DNA of 64,000 bases from NCBI GenBank assembly GCA_963840455.1, contig CAWIYV010000010.1, forward strand, positions 96,001-160,000. The letters run 5' to 3'. Shown piece after piece: positions 53,036 through 63,698 of the stretch. Position 1 is the stretch's first letter. The number at the start of each line of letters is the position of its first letter. The position numbers were made by a program, and so were the translations under genes. The notes beneath the pieces were generated by a model. That model searched no databases. It worked only from the letters and a program-made list of their open reading frames with translations, and was not told the DNA's origin. The stretch comes from Nitrospirota bacterium. GTDB taxonomy: Bacteria > Nitrospirota > UBA9217.

Positions 53036-53145
53036 AATGAAACAGTTTCGAATGCCGAATATCGAAATCCTAAATGATGTTCCGAATGATCCGTCCCCTT
53101 GGACCTATGATCATCTGGGTCAATTTCGGATCTCGCTATTCGTGC

Positions 53146-54105
53146 TCAGGATCTCCGCTCCTTTTTCTTGATCGCTTCCTTGACGCCCGCGCACAGGTCG
53201 GCCGCCGAAAGCTTGTAGTGCGCCAGCAGCCCCTCGGATTCGCCGGAGGTGCCGAACTGGTCCTTGACGCCGATACGCACGAGGCTCGCCGGCGTGGCTT
53301 CCGCCAGGACCTCGGCTACGGCGCTGCCCAGTCCGCCGATGATGGAGTGCTCTTCCGCGGTGACGATGGCGCCGCAGCGCTTCGCCGCGGCCTTGACCGC
53401 TCCCTCGTCCAGCGGCTTGATAGTGGACATATTGATGACGCCCGCGTCGATGCCTTCGGCCAGGAGCGCTTCCCGCGCCTTCAGCGCCTCGGCGACCATG
53501 ATGCCCGTCGCGATGATCGCCGCGTCCCTGCCCTCATGGAAGACGTGGGCTTTCCCGATCCGGAACTGATAGTCCGGCCCGAAGAGGACCGGCACCTTGT
53601 TCCTGCCGGTGCGCACATAGCAGGGCCCCTTATGCTCGGCCACGGCCTCGATAGCAAGCGTCGTTTCCACACCGTCGGCCGGGACGATGACCGTCATATG
53701 CGGCAGAACCCGCATCACCGCGATGTCCTCGAGGGACTGGTGGGACCCGCCGTCCTCGCCCACGGTGACGCCGGCGTGGCTGGCGACGATCTTCACGCTC
53801 AGGTTCGGATAGCAGATGGACTGCCGGATCTGCTCCCAGGCCCTGCCTGTGGCGAAGACCGCGAAGGTGCTCGCGAAAGGCAGTTTCCCGCCGATGGCAA
53901 GCCCTGCCGCAGTGCCCATCATGTCCTGTTCGGCTATGCCGATGTTGAAGAACCGTTCGGGGAAGGCCTTGGCGAACTTGGAGGTCTTCGTGGAGCCGGA
54001 AAGGTCCGCGTCCAGCACCACCACGTCGTTCCGCTTCTTCCCGAGGGCCACCAGTGCGTCCCCGTATGCGTCTCTTGTTGCGATCTTCTGTTGTGTCTGG
54101 CTCAC
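53146..54105 (-). CDS. Transketolase C-terminal subunit
   Basis: DADLSGST, GIAEQ, GEDGGSHQ and EEHSIIGGLG motifs. Confidence 0.93.
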   Translation of the reverse strand: MSQTQQKIATRDAYGDALVALGKKRNDVVVLDADLSGSTKTSKFAKAFPERFFNIGIAEQDMMGTAAGLAIGGKLPFASTFAVFATGRAWEQIRQSICYPNLSVKIVASHAGVTVGEDGGSHQSLEDIAVMRVLPHMTVIVPADGVETTLAIEAVAEHKGPCYVRTGRNKVPVLFGPDYQFRIGKAHVFHEGRDAAIIATGIMVAEALKAREALLAEGIDAGVINMSTIKPLDEGAVKAAAKRCGAIVTAEEHSIIGGLGSAVAEVLAEATPASLVRIGVKDQFGTSGESEGLLAHYKLSAADLCAGVKEAIKKKERRS

Positions 54106-54201
54106 ATTGCCTCCCGCGCGATTTCGGATTGCGGTTTGCGGATTTCGGATTTTGAGGACCGCCGTTCAATCAGCAATCTGCAATCTACAATCCGCAATTG
54201 T

Positions 54202-55041
54202 TTACTTACAGACTGCTCCATCCAGCTCTTTCAGCGCGATCTCGAGCTCTTCCTTCGACGGTGTGGTGCCGTGGAACTCGACCTTGCCTTCGAACACCTT
54301 CGAGCCTTTGCCCTTCACCGTGCGGCAGACGATGGCCGTGGGCTTGCCCTTCACGGTCTCGGCCTTGTCGAGGGCGGCTACGATCTGGGCCATGTCATGG
54401 CCGTCAATGTCCTGAACGTCCCAGCCGAAGGCCCGCCACTTGTCGGCGATGGGCTCCACGCCCATGACCTTCGCCACGGGCCCGTCGATCTGGAGCCCGT
54501 TGTTGTCCACGAGGATGCAGAGGTTGTCGAGCTTGTAGTGGGCCCCGGTCATGGCCGCTTCCCAGATCTGCCCTTCCTGCAGTTCACCGTCGCCCAGTAC
54601 CGCGTACACCCGGTTCGTCGCCTTGTCGAGCTTGTGGGCGAGTGCGATGCCGCAGGCCACGGACAGCCCCTGGCCCAGGGAGCCCGTGGAGATCTCCACG
54701 CCCGGCAGATACTTGCTGTCCGGATGGCCCTGGAGCCGCGACCCCAGCTTGCGGAGCGTGCAGAGCTCGGCGGTGTCGATGAAGCCGGCGTGTGCCAGCG
54801 TGGTATACAGGACCGGCGCGGCGTGCCCCTTGGAGAGGATGAAATAGTCGCGCCCCTTCCAGTCCGGCTTCTTGGGATCGTACTTCATCTTGTAAAAATA
54901 GAGCGCCGTCATGATGTCCGTGGCCGACAGGCTCCCGCCGGTGTGGCCCGAGCCGCACCCGTGCAGCATCTTCAGGATGTCTATGCGCATCCGGCGCGCG
55001 CGGTCCTTCAGGGCCTGCATCTGTGCCTCGTTCACTGCCAT
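54202..55041 (-). CDS. Transketolase N-terminal subunit
   Basis: GHTGGSLS, LSKGH, TGSLGQG and GDGELQEG motifs. Confidence 0.94.
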   Translation of the reverse strand: MAVNEAQMQALKDRARRMRIDILKMLHGCGSGHTGGSLSATDIMTALYFYKMKYDPKKPDWKGRDYFILSKGHAAPVLYTTLAHAGFIDTAELCTLRKLGSRLQGHPDSKYLPGVEISTGSLGQGLSVACGIALAHKLDKATNRVYAVLGDGELQEGQIWEAAMTGAHYKLDNLCILVDNNGLQIDGPVAKVMGVEPIADKWRAFGWDVQDIDGHDMAQIVAALDKAETVKGKPTAIVCRTVKGKGSKVFEGKVEFHGTTPSKEELEIALKELDGAVCK

Positions 55042-55178
55042 GGATCGAACCTCCCGGGGAAAAGATGTATCGAAAATAATGCGAACGGAAACTGTTTCGT
55101 TTCGGAGCTGCTGTGTATCAGGCTGGTAGGGTGAGGTTCCTGACTCCTGCCTTCTTCTTTCTTTTTATTTCTGAACAA

Positions 55179-55604
55179 TCACTTCTTCGATATGTCTTCC
55201 TGCTCCAGGAACTCAAGGATGATATCGTCGAGGCTCTTCTCTTTGATCTCCTCCGGCTTGGAGGGAGGAGGCGGGGTTTTCTTGACTTCCTGCGCAGGTG
55301 CCGGCGCCGCTTTCGCCGGCGCTGCAGGCGCTTCCGCAGGCGGGGCGTTGACGTTCGTCTCGAGCTTGCCCTGCATCAGGTCGCGGATCATCTGCTTGTG
55401 CTGCTCCATCATGAGCTCGCGCACCACATCGTCGAGGCAGTCGGCCCGCAGGATGTCGGCATAGCTCGTCTTCCTCCGGGCCAGGATGGCCCCTTGACGG
55501 TACATCAGCGAGGTAATGTAAGGATTGTTATGCCCCCCGTCCTCGGTCTGACAATGGTAGACCTGCCCCTCGAACTTGAAGTCCGTATTATAACCCGTCA
55601 GCAT
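55179..55604 (-). CDS. Conserved hypothetical protein
   Basis: MLTGYNT...YHxQTEDGG...KSLDDIILEFL pattern. Confidence 0.75.
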   Translation of the reverse strand: MLTGYNTDFKFEGQVYHCQTEDGGHNNPYITSLMYRQGAILARRKTSYADILRADCLDDVVRELMMEQHKQMIRDLMQGKLETNVNAPPAEAPAAPAKAAPAPAQEVKKTPPPPSKPEEIKEKSLDDIILEFLEQEDISKK

Positions 55605-55689
55605 AGCCGGAACATTATACTGGTACACCCTTGAAGTTGCAAGCCTTTTCCCTTGACAGGGACTGCTGGTGATGTTACTTTGTGGCCGT

Positions 55690-55776
55690 GCCGGCGTGGT
55701 GAAACTGGTAGACGCAGAGGACTCAAAATCCTCCGGGGGCAACTCCATGTCGGTTCGATTCCGACCGCCGGCACCA
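55690..55776 (+). tRNA. tRNA-Leu(CAA)
   Basis: GCCGGCG acceptor stem, GGTAGAC D-loop, GAGGA-CTCAAAA-TCCTC anticodon arm, long variable arm, GTTCGATT and CCA end; TTGACA-N17-TACTTT promoter upstream. Confidence 0.96.
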
Positions 55777-56060
55777 ATTATAATCTCTGAAAGATCGGCT
55801 ATCAAGCCGATCTTGTTTTGTTTTCCCCGCGGTTGGGATCGAACAAGGGGGCATGGGGGAAGGCTTCCCCCAAAGGCATCGGGGGAGCCCACGAGGGGGC
55901 CGGCCCTCCTCGTGAAGCAAGGCGCGCGTGAGATTCCGACCGCCGGCACCAATTTATTATAAAGATCGGTTTCCTTGCCGATCTTTTTTCTTTTTCCAAG
56001 GTCGGAACCGAACAAGGGGGCAAGGGGGGAAGGTTCCTATGCAGCGGGGGAGTTCACGAG
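55777..56060 (+). repeat. tRNA-linked ~175-bp repeats with a direct copy of the tRNA 3' end at 55932-55953; third unit at ~58760-58980
   Basis: GATTCCGACCGCCGGCACCAATT repeated; AAGATCGG..CCGATCTT hairpin at 55791, 55962 and 58768. Confidence 0.82.
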
Positions 56061-56127
56061 GGTGCTTGGCTCAACTGCTTTCTGCTTGTCGTCACCCGTC
56101 CCAAAACAATCACTCTTTCTGCCTAGG

Positions 56128-58275
56128 TCATTTATTGAACGTAGCTTTAACTGACCGTGCTGCGGTCATGGTCACCGTACAGGTCCCTGTGCCGGAACAC
56201 CCTTCGCCTGACCAACCGGTGAATGTCGAGGGTGGTGTGGTGCTGGAATCCGCAGTTGCGGTAAGGGTGACCAGCGTATTGTAGTTATAGGTTGCTGTTC
56301 CTTTGAGGCCGGTCTTGTCCCAGGTGAGCGCCCCAGGGTTCACCTCAACAGTACCAGTTCCTTTCCCGCTCTTCGTGACCGTGAGTTTATACGTGCGGAG
56401 CGTGAACGTGGCTTTTACGTTCCGTGCCGTGGTCATGGTCACCTTACAGGTCCCTGTGCCAGTGCACCCTTCGCCGGACCAACCGGCGAATATTGATCCT
56501 GGATCAGCAGTTGCGGTCAGGGTAACCACCGTGCCGAAAACAGTATAGGTTGCCGTGCCTGTGCTTTCGTTCCAGGCAAGTGTCCCGGTGCTCGCGGACA
56601 CCATACCACTGCCTGTGCCGTCCCTGGTGACCGTTAAGAGATAGGAGTTATACATAAAAGTGGCCGTGACATTCCGCGCTACGGTCATGAGTACCTTACA
56701 GGTCCCTGTGCCGGTGCACCCTTCGCCGGACCAGCCGGCGAATGTTGATCCTGGATCAGCAGTTGCGATCAGGGTAACCTCCGTGCCGAAAATAGCATAG
56801 GCTGCCGTGCCTGTGTTGCCGTTCCAGGTAAAGGTCCCCGTATCCGCGGAGACGATGCCGCTTCCCGTGCCGGCTCTGGTGACCGTAAGGGAATAGGTGC
56901 TGCTGAGCGTAAAGGTGGCCGTGACGTTCCGCGCTGTGGTCATGGTCACCTCACAGGGACCTGTGCCGGTGCACCCTTCGCCGGACCAGCCGTCGAACGT
57001 CGATCCCTCCGAGACTGCCGCGGTAAGAGTGACTGGCGTGCCGTAATCAGTATACGTTACCGTGCCTACGTTATTGGTCCAGGTTAGCGTCCCTGTGCTC
57101 ACTGACACAATACCGCTGCCCGTCCCGGCCTTCGTAACCATCAAGATAGGTGGTTCAGTCTTGAAGCTCCAGGAGTAGCCTTGCGAAGAGTTAGGAACGA
57201 GCAGGTTGCCCGAATCATCCCTGATCCCTGGGCCTTGCGTGTTCGTACTCAAGGTGACCACGTAATCAGTCGCGTATTTCAAACGGTTCGCGGCTGTAAA
57301 TATGGCAGTGGCGCCGCTGATGACCGATACCTGCCCCGGAACAAGCTCTCCCGACTGTTTCTCCGTGAGCAGGAAGGTGGATGGTGTAATGGAGCTCTCC
57401 AACATCGTCTCATTGAATACCGCAACGACCGGGGCATAGACGGACACGTTCGTTGCGAAATCCGCTGGAGTAATGGACACCACCGTGGGCGGCACGATGT
57501 CCTGAGACGACATCCGAGTAGTGAATTCCCACGTATAGGAGTTGCCCCACAGGGGATGGTTTCCCGCGAGGTCGGTAAGGCTGTCGGATATCATTACCGT
57601 ATAGGTTGTCGAGTCGTCCAATTGATCGGCCGGGGCAAAAATCACTGTTCTTCCGTCGTCGAACAATTCGATGCTACCGGCAACAGTGGTTGTGCCCGTG
57701 CTGACGGTAAGCGGTGATGGTGTGGCCGATATGGTGGACGCGAGCATAGGTTCGGTGAACGTTACCTTTATCGTCGTGTTCACGCTAATGTCAACAGCTC
57801 CGCGCTCGGGGGTCGTTTTTGATACGTCAGGCGCTGTACAATCTCCCTGCACTCCCGTGGTAAAAGTAAGTGTCATGGGATACCGCATGGCATTGCCTGC
57901 AATGTCCTGCACGCCCGTGGTTATCTTAAGAACATAGACCGTGAGTACCTGTAATGGTGACCGAGCTTTAAGAATTATGGTCGAACCAGCATAGGTAATA
58001 TCCCCTTCAACAGGAGTGTCGGTCATTGCATCACGGACCGAGATTGTTTCGTTCGTAACAGATGCGGGATCAATAATTTCGCTAAAGGCGATCGTGATTG
58101 CCGTGTTGATGTCGTTATTCAGAGACTGGTTATCAGGAATAGTAGAAAGGATCATCGGCGGATCGTAGTCTTCTTTGGGCGGCGGCGCCTGTCTCCCGCA
58201 GCTAACTGAAATAAGGACTGAGAGGAGGAATAAGTTTATTATGAAGGATCTATTTCGTGTAATCCACTGGCGCAT
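56128..58275 (-). CDS. Surface lipoprotein with three Ig-like (Big_5/SbsA) domains and four InlB-B-like repeats
   Basis: LISVSC lipobox, FSE/FTE/FNE Ig motifs and 4x F.GWSGEGC.GTG.C.V.M...R.V.ATF. Confidence 0.85.
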   Translation of the reverse strand: MRQWITRNRSFIINLFLLSVLISVSCGRQAPPPKEDYDPPMILSTIPDNQSLNNDINTAITIAFSEIIDPASVTNETISVRDAMTDTPVEGDITYAGSTIILKARSPLQVLTVYVLKITTGVQDIAGNAMRYPMTLTFTTGVQGDCTAPDVSKTTPERGAVDISVNTTIKVTFTEPMLASTISATPSPLTVSTGTTTVAGSIELFDDGRTVIFAPADQLDDSTTYTVMISDSLTDLAGNHPLWGNSYTWEFTTRMSSQDIVPPTVVSITPADFATNVSVYAPVVAVFNETMLESSITPSTFLLTEKQSGELVPGQVSVISGATAIFTAANRLKYATDYVVTLSTNTQGPGIRDDSGNLLVPNSSQGYSWSFKTEPPILMVTKAGTGSGIVSVSTGTLTWTNNVGTVTYTDYGTPVTLTAAVSEGSTFDGWSGEGCTGTGPCEVTMTTARNVTATFTLSSTYSLTVTRAGTGSGIVSADTGTFTWNGNTGTAAYAIFGTEVTLIATADPGSTFAGWSGEGCTGTGTCKVLMTVARNVTATFMYNSYLLTVTRDGTGSGMVSASTGTLAWNESTGTATYTVFGTVVTLTATADPGSIFAGWSGEGCTGTGTCKVTMTTARNVKATFTLRTYKLTVTKSGKGTGTVEVNPGALTWDKTGLKGTATYNYNTLVTLTATADSSTTPPSTFTGWSGEGCSGTGTCTVTMTAARSVKATFNK

Positions 58276-58989
58276 GATATCAGAACCTCGATGAATGATA
58301 ACTTAGAAGAAGAAACGATCGGGCAACAGTCGACACATGAGCACTTCCTTTGATTCCCTTGTTAAGTCGAAGAAATTTTAGGGTTTTTTATGGCGACCCC
58401 ATCCTGACCCTTTCCCGATCAATGTATATATGCTTCAATCAGTCATTCAGCATCTCGGCGCGCAACTGGATTTTGCAACCTTGCTTGCGGCGAGCAGGAA
58501 GGATCTAGTATAAATTATACCCTATGAGATAGAACTATGCGTTATTTCAAGCAACTATAATTGCGAGAATTCCGCCGCCAATCTGACGCCAAGTCCGCAA
58601 CTTCTCTCCGCCAGCCCTCCAGCGGCCGATCGGTTGGAGCACTGGGCAACAGTCACGTTAGTGCTCATATATCGTGTGTGAGGCCAATCGACCTCCGGTC
58701 TAACAGCAGGATATGTCCACTCTCCTCCTCGGACAGTCAGCCATATCAGCTGACCAAACATCTCCGAAAGATCGGTCTATCATGCCGATCTTTATTATTT
58801 CAGACGGTCGGAATCGGACAGGGGGCCGGGAGGAAAGGTTCCCCGAATACAGCGGAGGAGCCCATGAGGGGGGCTTGGCCTTGCCCTTACCCGGACCCTC
58901 TCCCGGGACGGGAGAGGGACTAGCGGGAAAGGATGGGTTTATTGAAGCAAAGCGCGTGAGATCCCGTCTACACGCACCGATTTGTTTTC

Positions 58990-59228
58990 AATAGTTTCCG
59001 ACCGTACTTCCTTGGACTCTTCTTCCTTAACCTATCCGACATCGTGTCTAAAATATGCCTGTGGATGCGATTGGGTCTTTCTTGCACTTCTTTGTGGAGG
59101 GTGATAATCGTCTCTGCGGCTGTTCTGAGGTAGGCTTTATTGATAATAGAGCAACGATCAATGAGCAAGCGTGTCTTCTGCCCTGAGAACATCATAGCCA
59201 CCTTCTCAGGCACACCCGCATGTATCAT
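58990..59228 (-). pseudogene. Tyrosine integrase C-terminal remnant
   Basis: AGVPEKVAMMFSGQKTRLLIDRCSII is a degraded form of AGVPERV.M.ISGHKT.SVFDRYNIV; truncated by the element at 59239. Confidence 0.65.
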
Positions 59229-59238
59229 CCTTAAAGAA

Positions 59239-59619
59239 TTGAAGCTCCCTGCAGCAAGCCGCAGGGATCTACGATCCTCAAGGTAGTACGTTTATCCTAA
59301 TTGCTCGCTAACTCCCTGCACTCGCGGTTCCGCTCGTAAACGCTGGGGGCAAGACCCCGCAACAAGCTGCGGCGATGCGCTCGCTCCTGGATTTAAGCTC
59401 CCTGAAGAGTGCTGCATGGAGCTTCGATCCTCAAGGAAGCATGTTTTATCCTAATCGCTCGCTAACTCCGAAACAAACAGCGGGGCATGCGCTCGCTCCT
59501 GGATTTAAGCTCCCTGAAGAGTGCTGCATGGAGCTTCGATCCTCAAGGAAGCATGTTTTATCCTAATCGCTCGCTAACTCCGAAACAAACAGCGGAGCAT
59601 GCGCTCGCTCCTGGATTCA
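59239..59619 (+). mobile_element. Palindromic element, locus F (tandem trimer, 112-bp period)
   Basis: Junctions ATTTAAGCTCC at 59391 and 59503. Confidence 0.85.
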
Positions 59620-59671
59620 CATACCGGGACGAGCACTTCTGAACGTATCCTCCGCACCACGAAAATATTCT

Positions 59672-60850
59672 TTACCAAACCTTCCCGGCAAGCGAGCGTA
59701 TGCGCTCCAGGGCCTGCTCCAGCCGGTCATCGGGTACGGTGAGCGATAGACGGATGTAGCCTTCGCCATACTGACCGTATGCGGTGCCGGGCGTCACGAG
59801 AACTCCTGCATCGTCCAGAAGCCGTTCCGCGCAATCCAGCGATGTCCGGCCATGAGGCACGGGGATCCAGAGATAGAATGTCCCGTCGCCGGGTCTCACG
59901 GGCACGCCCATCGCGGCAAAGGCGCGGAGCACCGTATCGCGCCGTCTCCGGTAGATGGCAAGCATCTTGTCTATTTCGCCGTCGCCGTCATCCATGGCCT
60001 TGATGCTGGCCAGCTGAATGGCGTTGAAGATGCCGGATGTCGTGTTCTCCTTGCACCGGCACATGGCCTGGATGATCTTCTCGGCGCCCACGGCCATGCC
60101 GATGCGCCAGCCCGTCATATTGTAGGCCTTGCTGAGGGAGTTGAACTCCACACAGATGTCCTTGGCGTCTGGGGCCTGCATGAGGCTCAGTCGCCGCCCG
60201 GGTGAAAAGACGATCTCGCTGTAGGGATTGTCGTTCATCAGCAGGATGCCGTGCGTCTTCGCCCAGGCCACCAGCCGCGTGAAGAAGTCCTTGTCCGCGC
60301 AGGCGCCCGTCGGGTTGTTGGGGTAATTGAGGAAAAAGGCCTTTGCCTTCCGGCAGACCGTTTCCGGGATCTCCTCGAAGGCAGGCAGGAACCCGTTCTT
60401 CTCGAGCAGCGGGACCTCGTAGGCCTCGGCGCCAGCCATCAGGATGTTCGCCCGGTAGGCCGGGTACCCGGGGTTCGTGACGATCACGATGTCTCCGGGG
60501 TTGACGGTGGCCATGATGAAGTGATGGATGCCTTCCTTTAAGCCGTTCAGGGCGAGCACCTCGGTCTCGGGATCGAGCTGCACCGCATACTTCCTTCCGT
60601 ACCAGCGCGAAACCGCCTCCCGAAAAACGCGCATGCCTCTGTGCTCGTCCGTCGGATACTGGTGGTTCGCCGGATCGAGAACGGCTTCCCGCAGCGCTTC
60701 GATGATGTACGCAGGTGTCGGCTCGACCGGGTCCCCGATTGCGAGGGAGATGAGGTCCACGCCCTCTGCCTGGGCCTTCCTGATCTTGTCGCGCAGCTGC
60801 ATGAACAGGTACGTGGGTATATTCTTGAGGCGGTCAGCAAGGATGTCCAT
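59672..60850 (-). CDS. Class I/II PLP aminotransferase, LL-diaminopimelate aminotransferase-like
   Basis: NYPNNPTG, D.PY and SLSKAYNMTGWRIG motifs. Confidence 0.9.
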   Translation of the reverse strand: MDILADRLKNIPTYLFMQLRDKIRKAQAEGVDLISLAIGDPVEPTPAYIIEALREAVLDPANHQYPTDEHRGMRVFREAVSRWYGRKYAVQLDPETEVLALNGLKEGIHHFIMATVNPGDIVIVTNPGYPAYRANILMAGAEAYEVPLLEKNGFLPAFEEIPETVCRKAKAFFLNYPNNPTGACADKDFFTRLVAWAKTHGILLMNDNPYSEIVFSPGRRLSLMQAPDAKDICVEFNSLSKAYNMTGWRIGMAVGAEKIIQAMCRCKENTTSGIFNAIQLASIKAMDDGDGEIDKMLAIYRRRRDTVLRAFAAMGVPVRPGDGTFYLWIPVPHGRTSLDCAERLLDDAGVLVTPGTAYGQYGEGYIRLSLTVPDDRLEQALERIRSLAGKVW

Positions 60851-60999
60851 AGAACACCGCGTTCCCTTTCACCTTTTCCCTATTAACCGGGAAAAAATTC
60901 CGACAGGGGACAGGATAAAATCGTCCAACTACAAATATTTTCAGGACCTCATCCTGTCAATCCTGATAATCCTGTTATCCTGTCAATTGGTTGGATCTT

Positions 61000-62256
61000 T
61001 TATGATTCCTGCGCCCATGCCCGGATGGCCGCTCCCAGCCGCCTGATGCTCTTCTCCCTGATCACCGGATAGACGCAGATCTCCAGGATCGAGGCTTCTC
61101 TCGGGCCGCCCTGGCCATGCGGGGTGCCGCCCTGCCCGCGGAAGGGCTCGAGCCGGGAACAGTCGGACATATCCGTGTTCTTGGTGTCGAATCCCTCTTT
61201 GAGCAGATAAGCGCGCAGATCGTTCCGCTTTGCGGGCTCTACGGTCAGGGGGTAGTAGACGTAGATGTGGTCGCCCGTGGCCGAGGACGGCACGCCGATC
61301 TTCGTTATCCCCTCCAGGCTTTCAGTGAGGACCCGGGCGTTGCGCCGCGCGCCTTCGTTGAAGGCGTCGATCCGGTCGAGTTGAATGAGGCCGATGGCTG
61401 CCTGCAGGTTCGCCAGCCGGTATACCCGGGGGTTCGATGCAGCAAAGGTGCTCAGGAGCTCGTCGCCGACCTCCGAGTCCATGAGCGGCTGGCCCAGGAG
61501 AAGCTTCAGCCGAAGGGCCGGGTACACGGTCACGCCGAAGACCTCGGGCCGGGTGAGAAGCCACAGGATCCAGATGAAGGCAGCCTTTTTCAGGACCGTC
61601 CCCGCGGCGGGCATGGGGGCATTGGCAAGGACATCCCTGGCCCGCTTCGCGATCCCTTCATCGGACGTGGCGATGGCGCCGCCGCCGAAGCAGGGCATGT
61701 TCTTGCCCTCGGCAAAGCTGTAGATCCCGAGGTCGCCGAATGTCCCCACAGAGCGTCCAGCCACGCGGACTCCCAGGGCGTGGGCGCAGTCTTCCATCAG
61801 GCGGATGTTCCGCTTCTTCGCCAGTTCGGCGATCTCCCGGATCGGGCAGGGCAGCCCGAACAGATGGGTCGCCAGGACCGCGCCGGTCCGTTCATTGATC
61901 AGGGGCTCGATCTGCTTCGGCCCGGAATTGAAGGTCACCGGGTCCACGTCACAGAATACCGGCTTGTAGCCCAGCAACTTTGCGACCATGGGCATGACCG
62001 GAAAGGTGAAGGCCGGAAAGATGATCTCTTTTCCTTTTTCCAGTCCCAGCGACTCCAGGGCCAGCTGAAAGGCGGACCTGCCTGACGCGGCCCCGAACAC
62101 ATACCGCGCGCCCAGCCAGGCGCTGAACTTCCCGGGAAATGCCTCCAGCGCCGGCCCTTCCTGAGCAGTGTTGCCCAGTGCGCTGCTGATGAGCGTGCGA
62201 AGCGCTCCCGGCGGAAGGTTGACACATCGTCGCGGGATGGTTCCGATGATCGCCAT
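61000..62256 (-). CDS. DegT/DnrJ/EryC1 family aminotransferase
   Basis: HLFG, EDCAHALG and SFAEGKN motifs. Confidence 0.88.
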   Translation of the reverse strand: MAIIGTIPRRCVNLPPGALRTLISSALGNTAQEGPALEAFPGKFSAWLGARYVFGAASGRSAFQLALESLGLEKGKEIIFPAFTFPVMPMVAKLLGYKPVFCDVDPVTFNSGPKQIEPLINERTGAVLATHLFGLPCPIREIAELAKKRNIRLMEDCAHALGVRVAGRSVGTFGDLGIYSFAEGKNMPCFGGGAIATSDEGIAKRARDVLANAPMPAAGTVLKKAAFIWILWLLTRPEVFGVTVYPALRLKLLLGQPLMDSEVGDELLSTFAASNPRVYRLANLQAAIGLIQLDRIDAFNEGARRNARVLTESLEGITKIGVPSSATGDHIYVYYPLTVEPAKRNDLRAYLLKEGFDTKNTDMSDCSRLEPFRGQGGTPHGQGGPREASILEICVYPVIREKSIRRLGAAIRAWAQES

Positions 62257-62279
62257 GCTTGTCGTTCTCCTTGGATGGA

Positions 62280-63698
62280 TCAGAATATCTTTCTGATGCC
62301 CAGAAGGCTCCAGAAAATGTTCGGGTTATGAAGATAAAACAGCCCATATCGCCGCAGATGGCGAAGGGCGAACCGCGGCCGGAACAGGTAGCGTTTGTAG
62401 AAGCTCGAACGCAGCTTCACCAGCTCGTCGGGCGACACGGCCGCCAATGAAAGGAGCGGGCGGGCGTAGTGGTAGAGCTGCTTGGAGACGGACTCGTCCA
62501 GCTGGTCCTTGTACAGGTCCCAGGCCTGCGAGCCGGGGTAGGGCGTGTAGAAGTGGACCTGGATGCTGTCGGAATCGAGCTCCAGCGCCAGCTGGATCGT
62601 CTGTTCGATCTCTTCCCGAGTCTCCGTGGGGTTGCCGATCACGTAGTAGGCGTTCGTGCCGATGCCCAGGTCCCGGGTCCAGCCGAAGGTCTGGCGGCAG
62701 AGCCCGGCCCAGGGACGGTCAACGCCCTGCTTATGCATGGCCTTGATGATCCGCTCGCTGCCCGACTCCACGCCGAGGCCGAGCATGGAGCAGCCGGCCT
62801 TCTTCATGAGGACCAGCAGGTCGTAGTTCAGCTCGTCCACGCGCACCCGCGCCATCCAGGGCATGTTCGATCCGCGCCTGATCAGCTCTTCGCAGAGGGA
62901 CTGCATGAACTTCCGGTTCGCCGAGAAACTGTCATCCTGGAACGAGCAGATGTTGACGCCCTGTTTGGCCAGGTGCTCCATCTCGTCGGCCACGCTGGCG
63001 GCAGAGCGGCTGCGCAGGCGCTTCCCGGTGCTGACGCGCATCACTTCGCTGCAGAACATGCAGCTGTGGGGGCAGCCCCGCGTGGCGATGAGATACCCCC
63101 AGACCACGCGGCGCGGGACCTGCACCGGAAAGATGGACTGATAGGCCGTCAGTTCCTCCTGCGTATAGGAAGGAAAGGCCAGGCCGTCCGGCTCCTCGAC
63201 CAGGAAGCGCTTGCCGTCGTCAAAATATTTTTGATAATCAGCTTTCCATGTCGTGGTTGCGGTTCCCCCGGCGCACATCCGGTCGAAGAGCCGAAAGAAC
63301 TCCTGCTCCGGCTCTCCCAGCAGGATGGCGTCATATTTTTGCGTTTGTTCCCGCGCCCGGTCGCGGTGGTGGTAAAAGCCCTGGCCGATCCCGACGATCA
63401 GCGGCGGATGATCGCGGGCCTTCAGGCTGTTCACATACTCGTCGGCAACGTCGATGTCGAAGCTCGACGCGGACAGGACGACCAGGTCGGGCCGGACCGA
63501 CGCCGTATGGTCAAGCAGGCCCGGGACGCTCATCGGCCTGATCCAGCAGTCCAGGAGACGGACCACAAGGTCGCGGTGCTGCTCCAGTCCTGCTTGAATG
63601 CACTTGAGCGCGTACGGCGGGTCGAAGAACTGCGGGTGTTCCACGTCCTTGTCCACGGAGGAACTGACGCGGATCAACAGAACGGTTCGGATGTTCAA
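62280..63698 (-). CDS. B12-binding radical SAM protein
   Basis: TRGCPHSCMFC, GVESGS and GxP.ET motifs. Confidence 0.9.
   Translation of the reverse strand: MNIRTVLLIRVSSSVDKDVEHPQFFDPPYALKCIQAGLEQHRDLVVRLLDCWIRPMSVPGLLDHTASVRPDLVVLSASSFDIDVADEYVNSLKARDHPPLIVGIGQGFYHHRDRAREQTQKYDAILLGEPEQEFFRLFDRMCAGGTATTTWKADYQKYFDDGKRFLVEEPDGLAFPSYTQEELTAYQSIFPVQVPRRVVWGYLIATRGCPHSCMFCSEVMRVSTGKRLRSRSAASVADEMEHLAKQGVNICSFQDDSFSANRKFMQSLCEELIRRGSNMPWMARVRVDELNYDLLVLMKKAGCSMLGLGVESGSERIIKAMHKQGVDRPWAGLCRQTFGWTRDLGIGTNAYYVIGNPTETREEIEQTIQLALELDSDSIQVHFYTPYPGSQAWDLYKDQLDESVSKQLYHYARPLLSLAAVSPDELVKLRSSFYKRYLFRPRFALRHLRRYGLFYLHNPNIFWSLLGIRKIF

Noticed and set aside
56128-57140. ~255-bp tandem repeats as DGR template/variable repeats
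   Set aside because: They are in-frame protein domain repeats, there is no reverse transcriptase, and I see no adenine-specific pattern in the differences
59239-59619. Tandem repeat as a CRISPR array
   Set aside because: The 112-bp units are near-identical throughout, with no unique spacers
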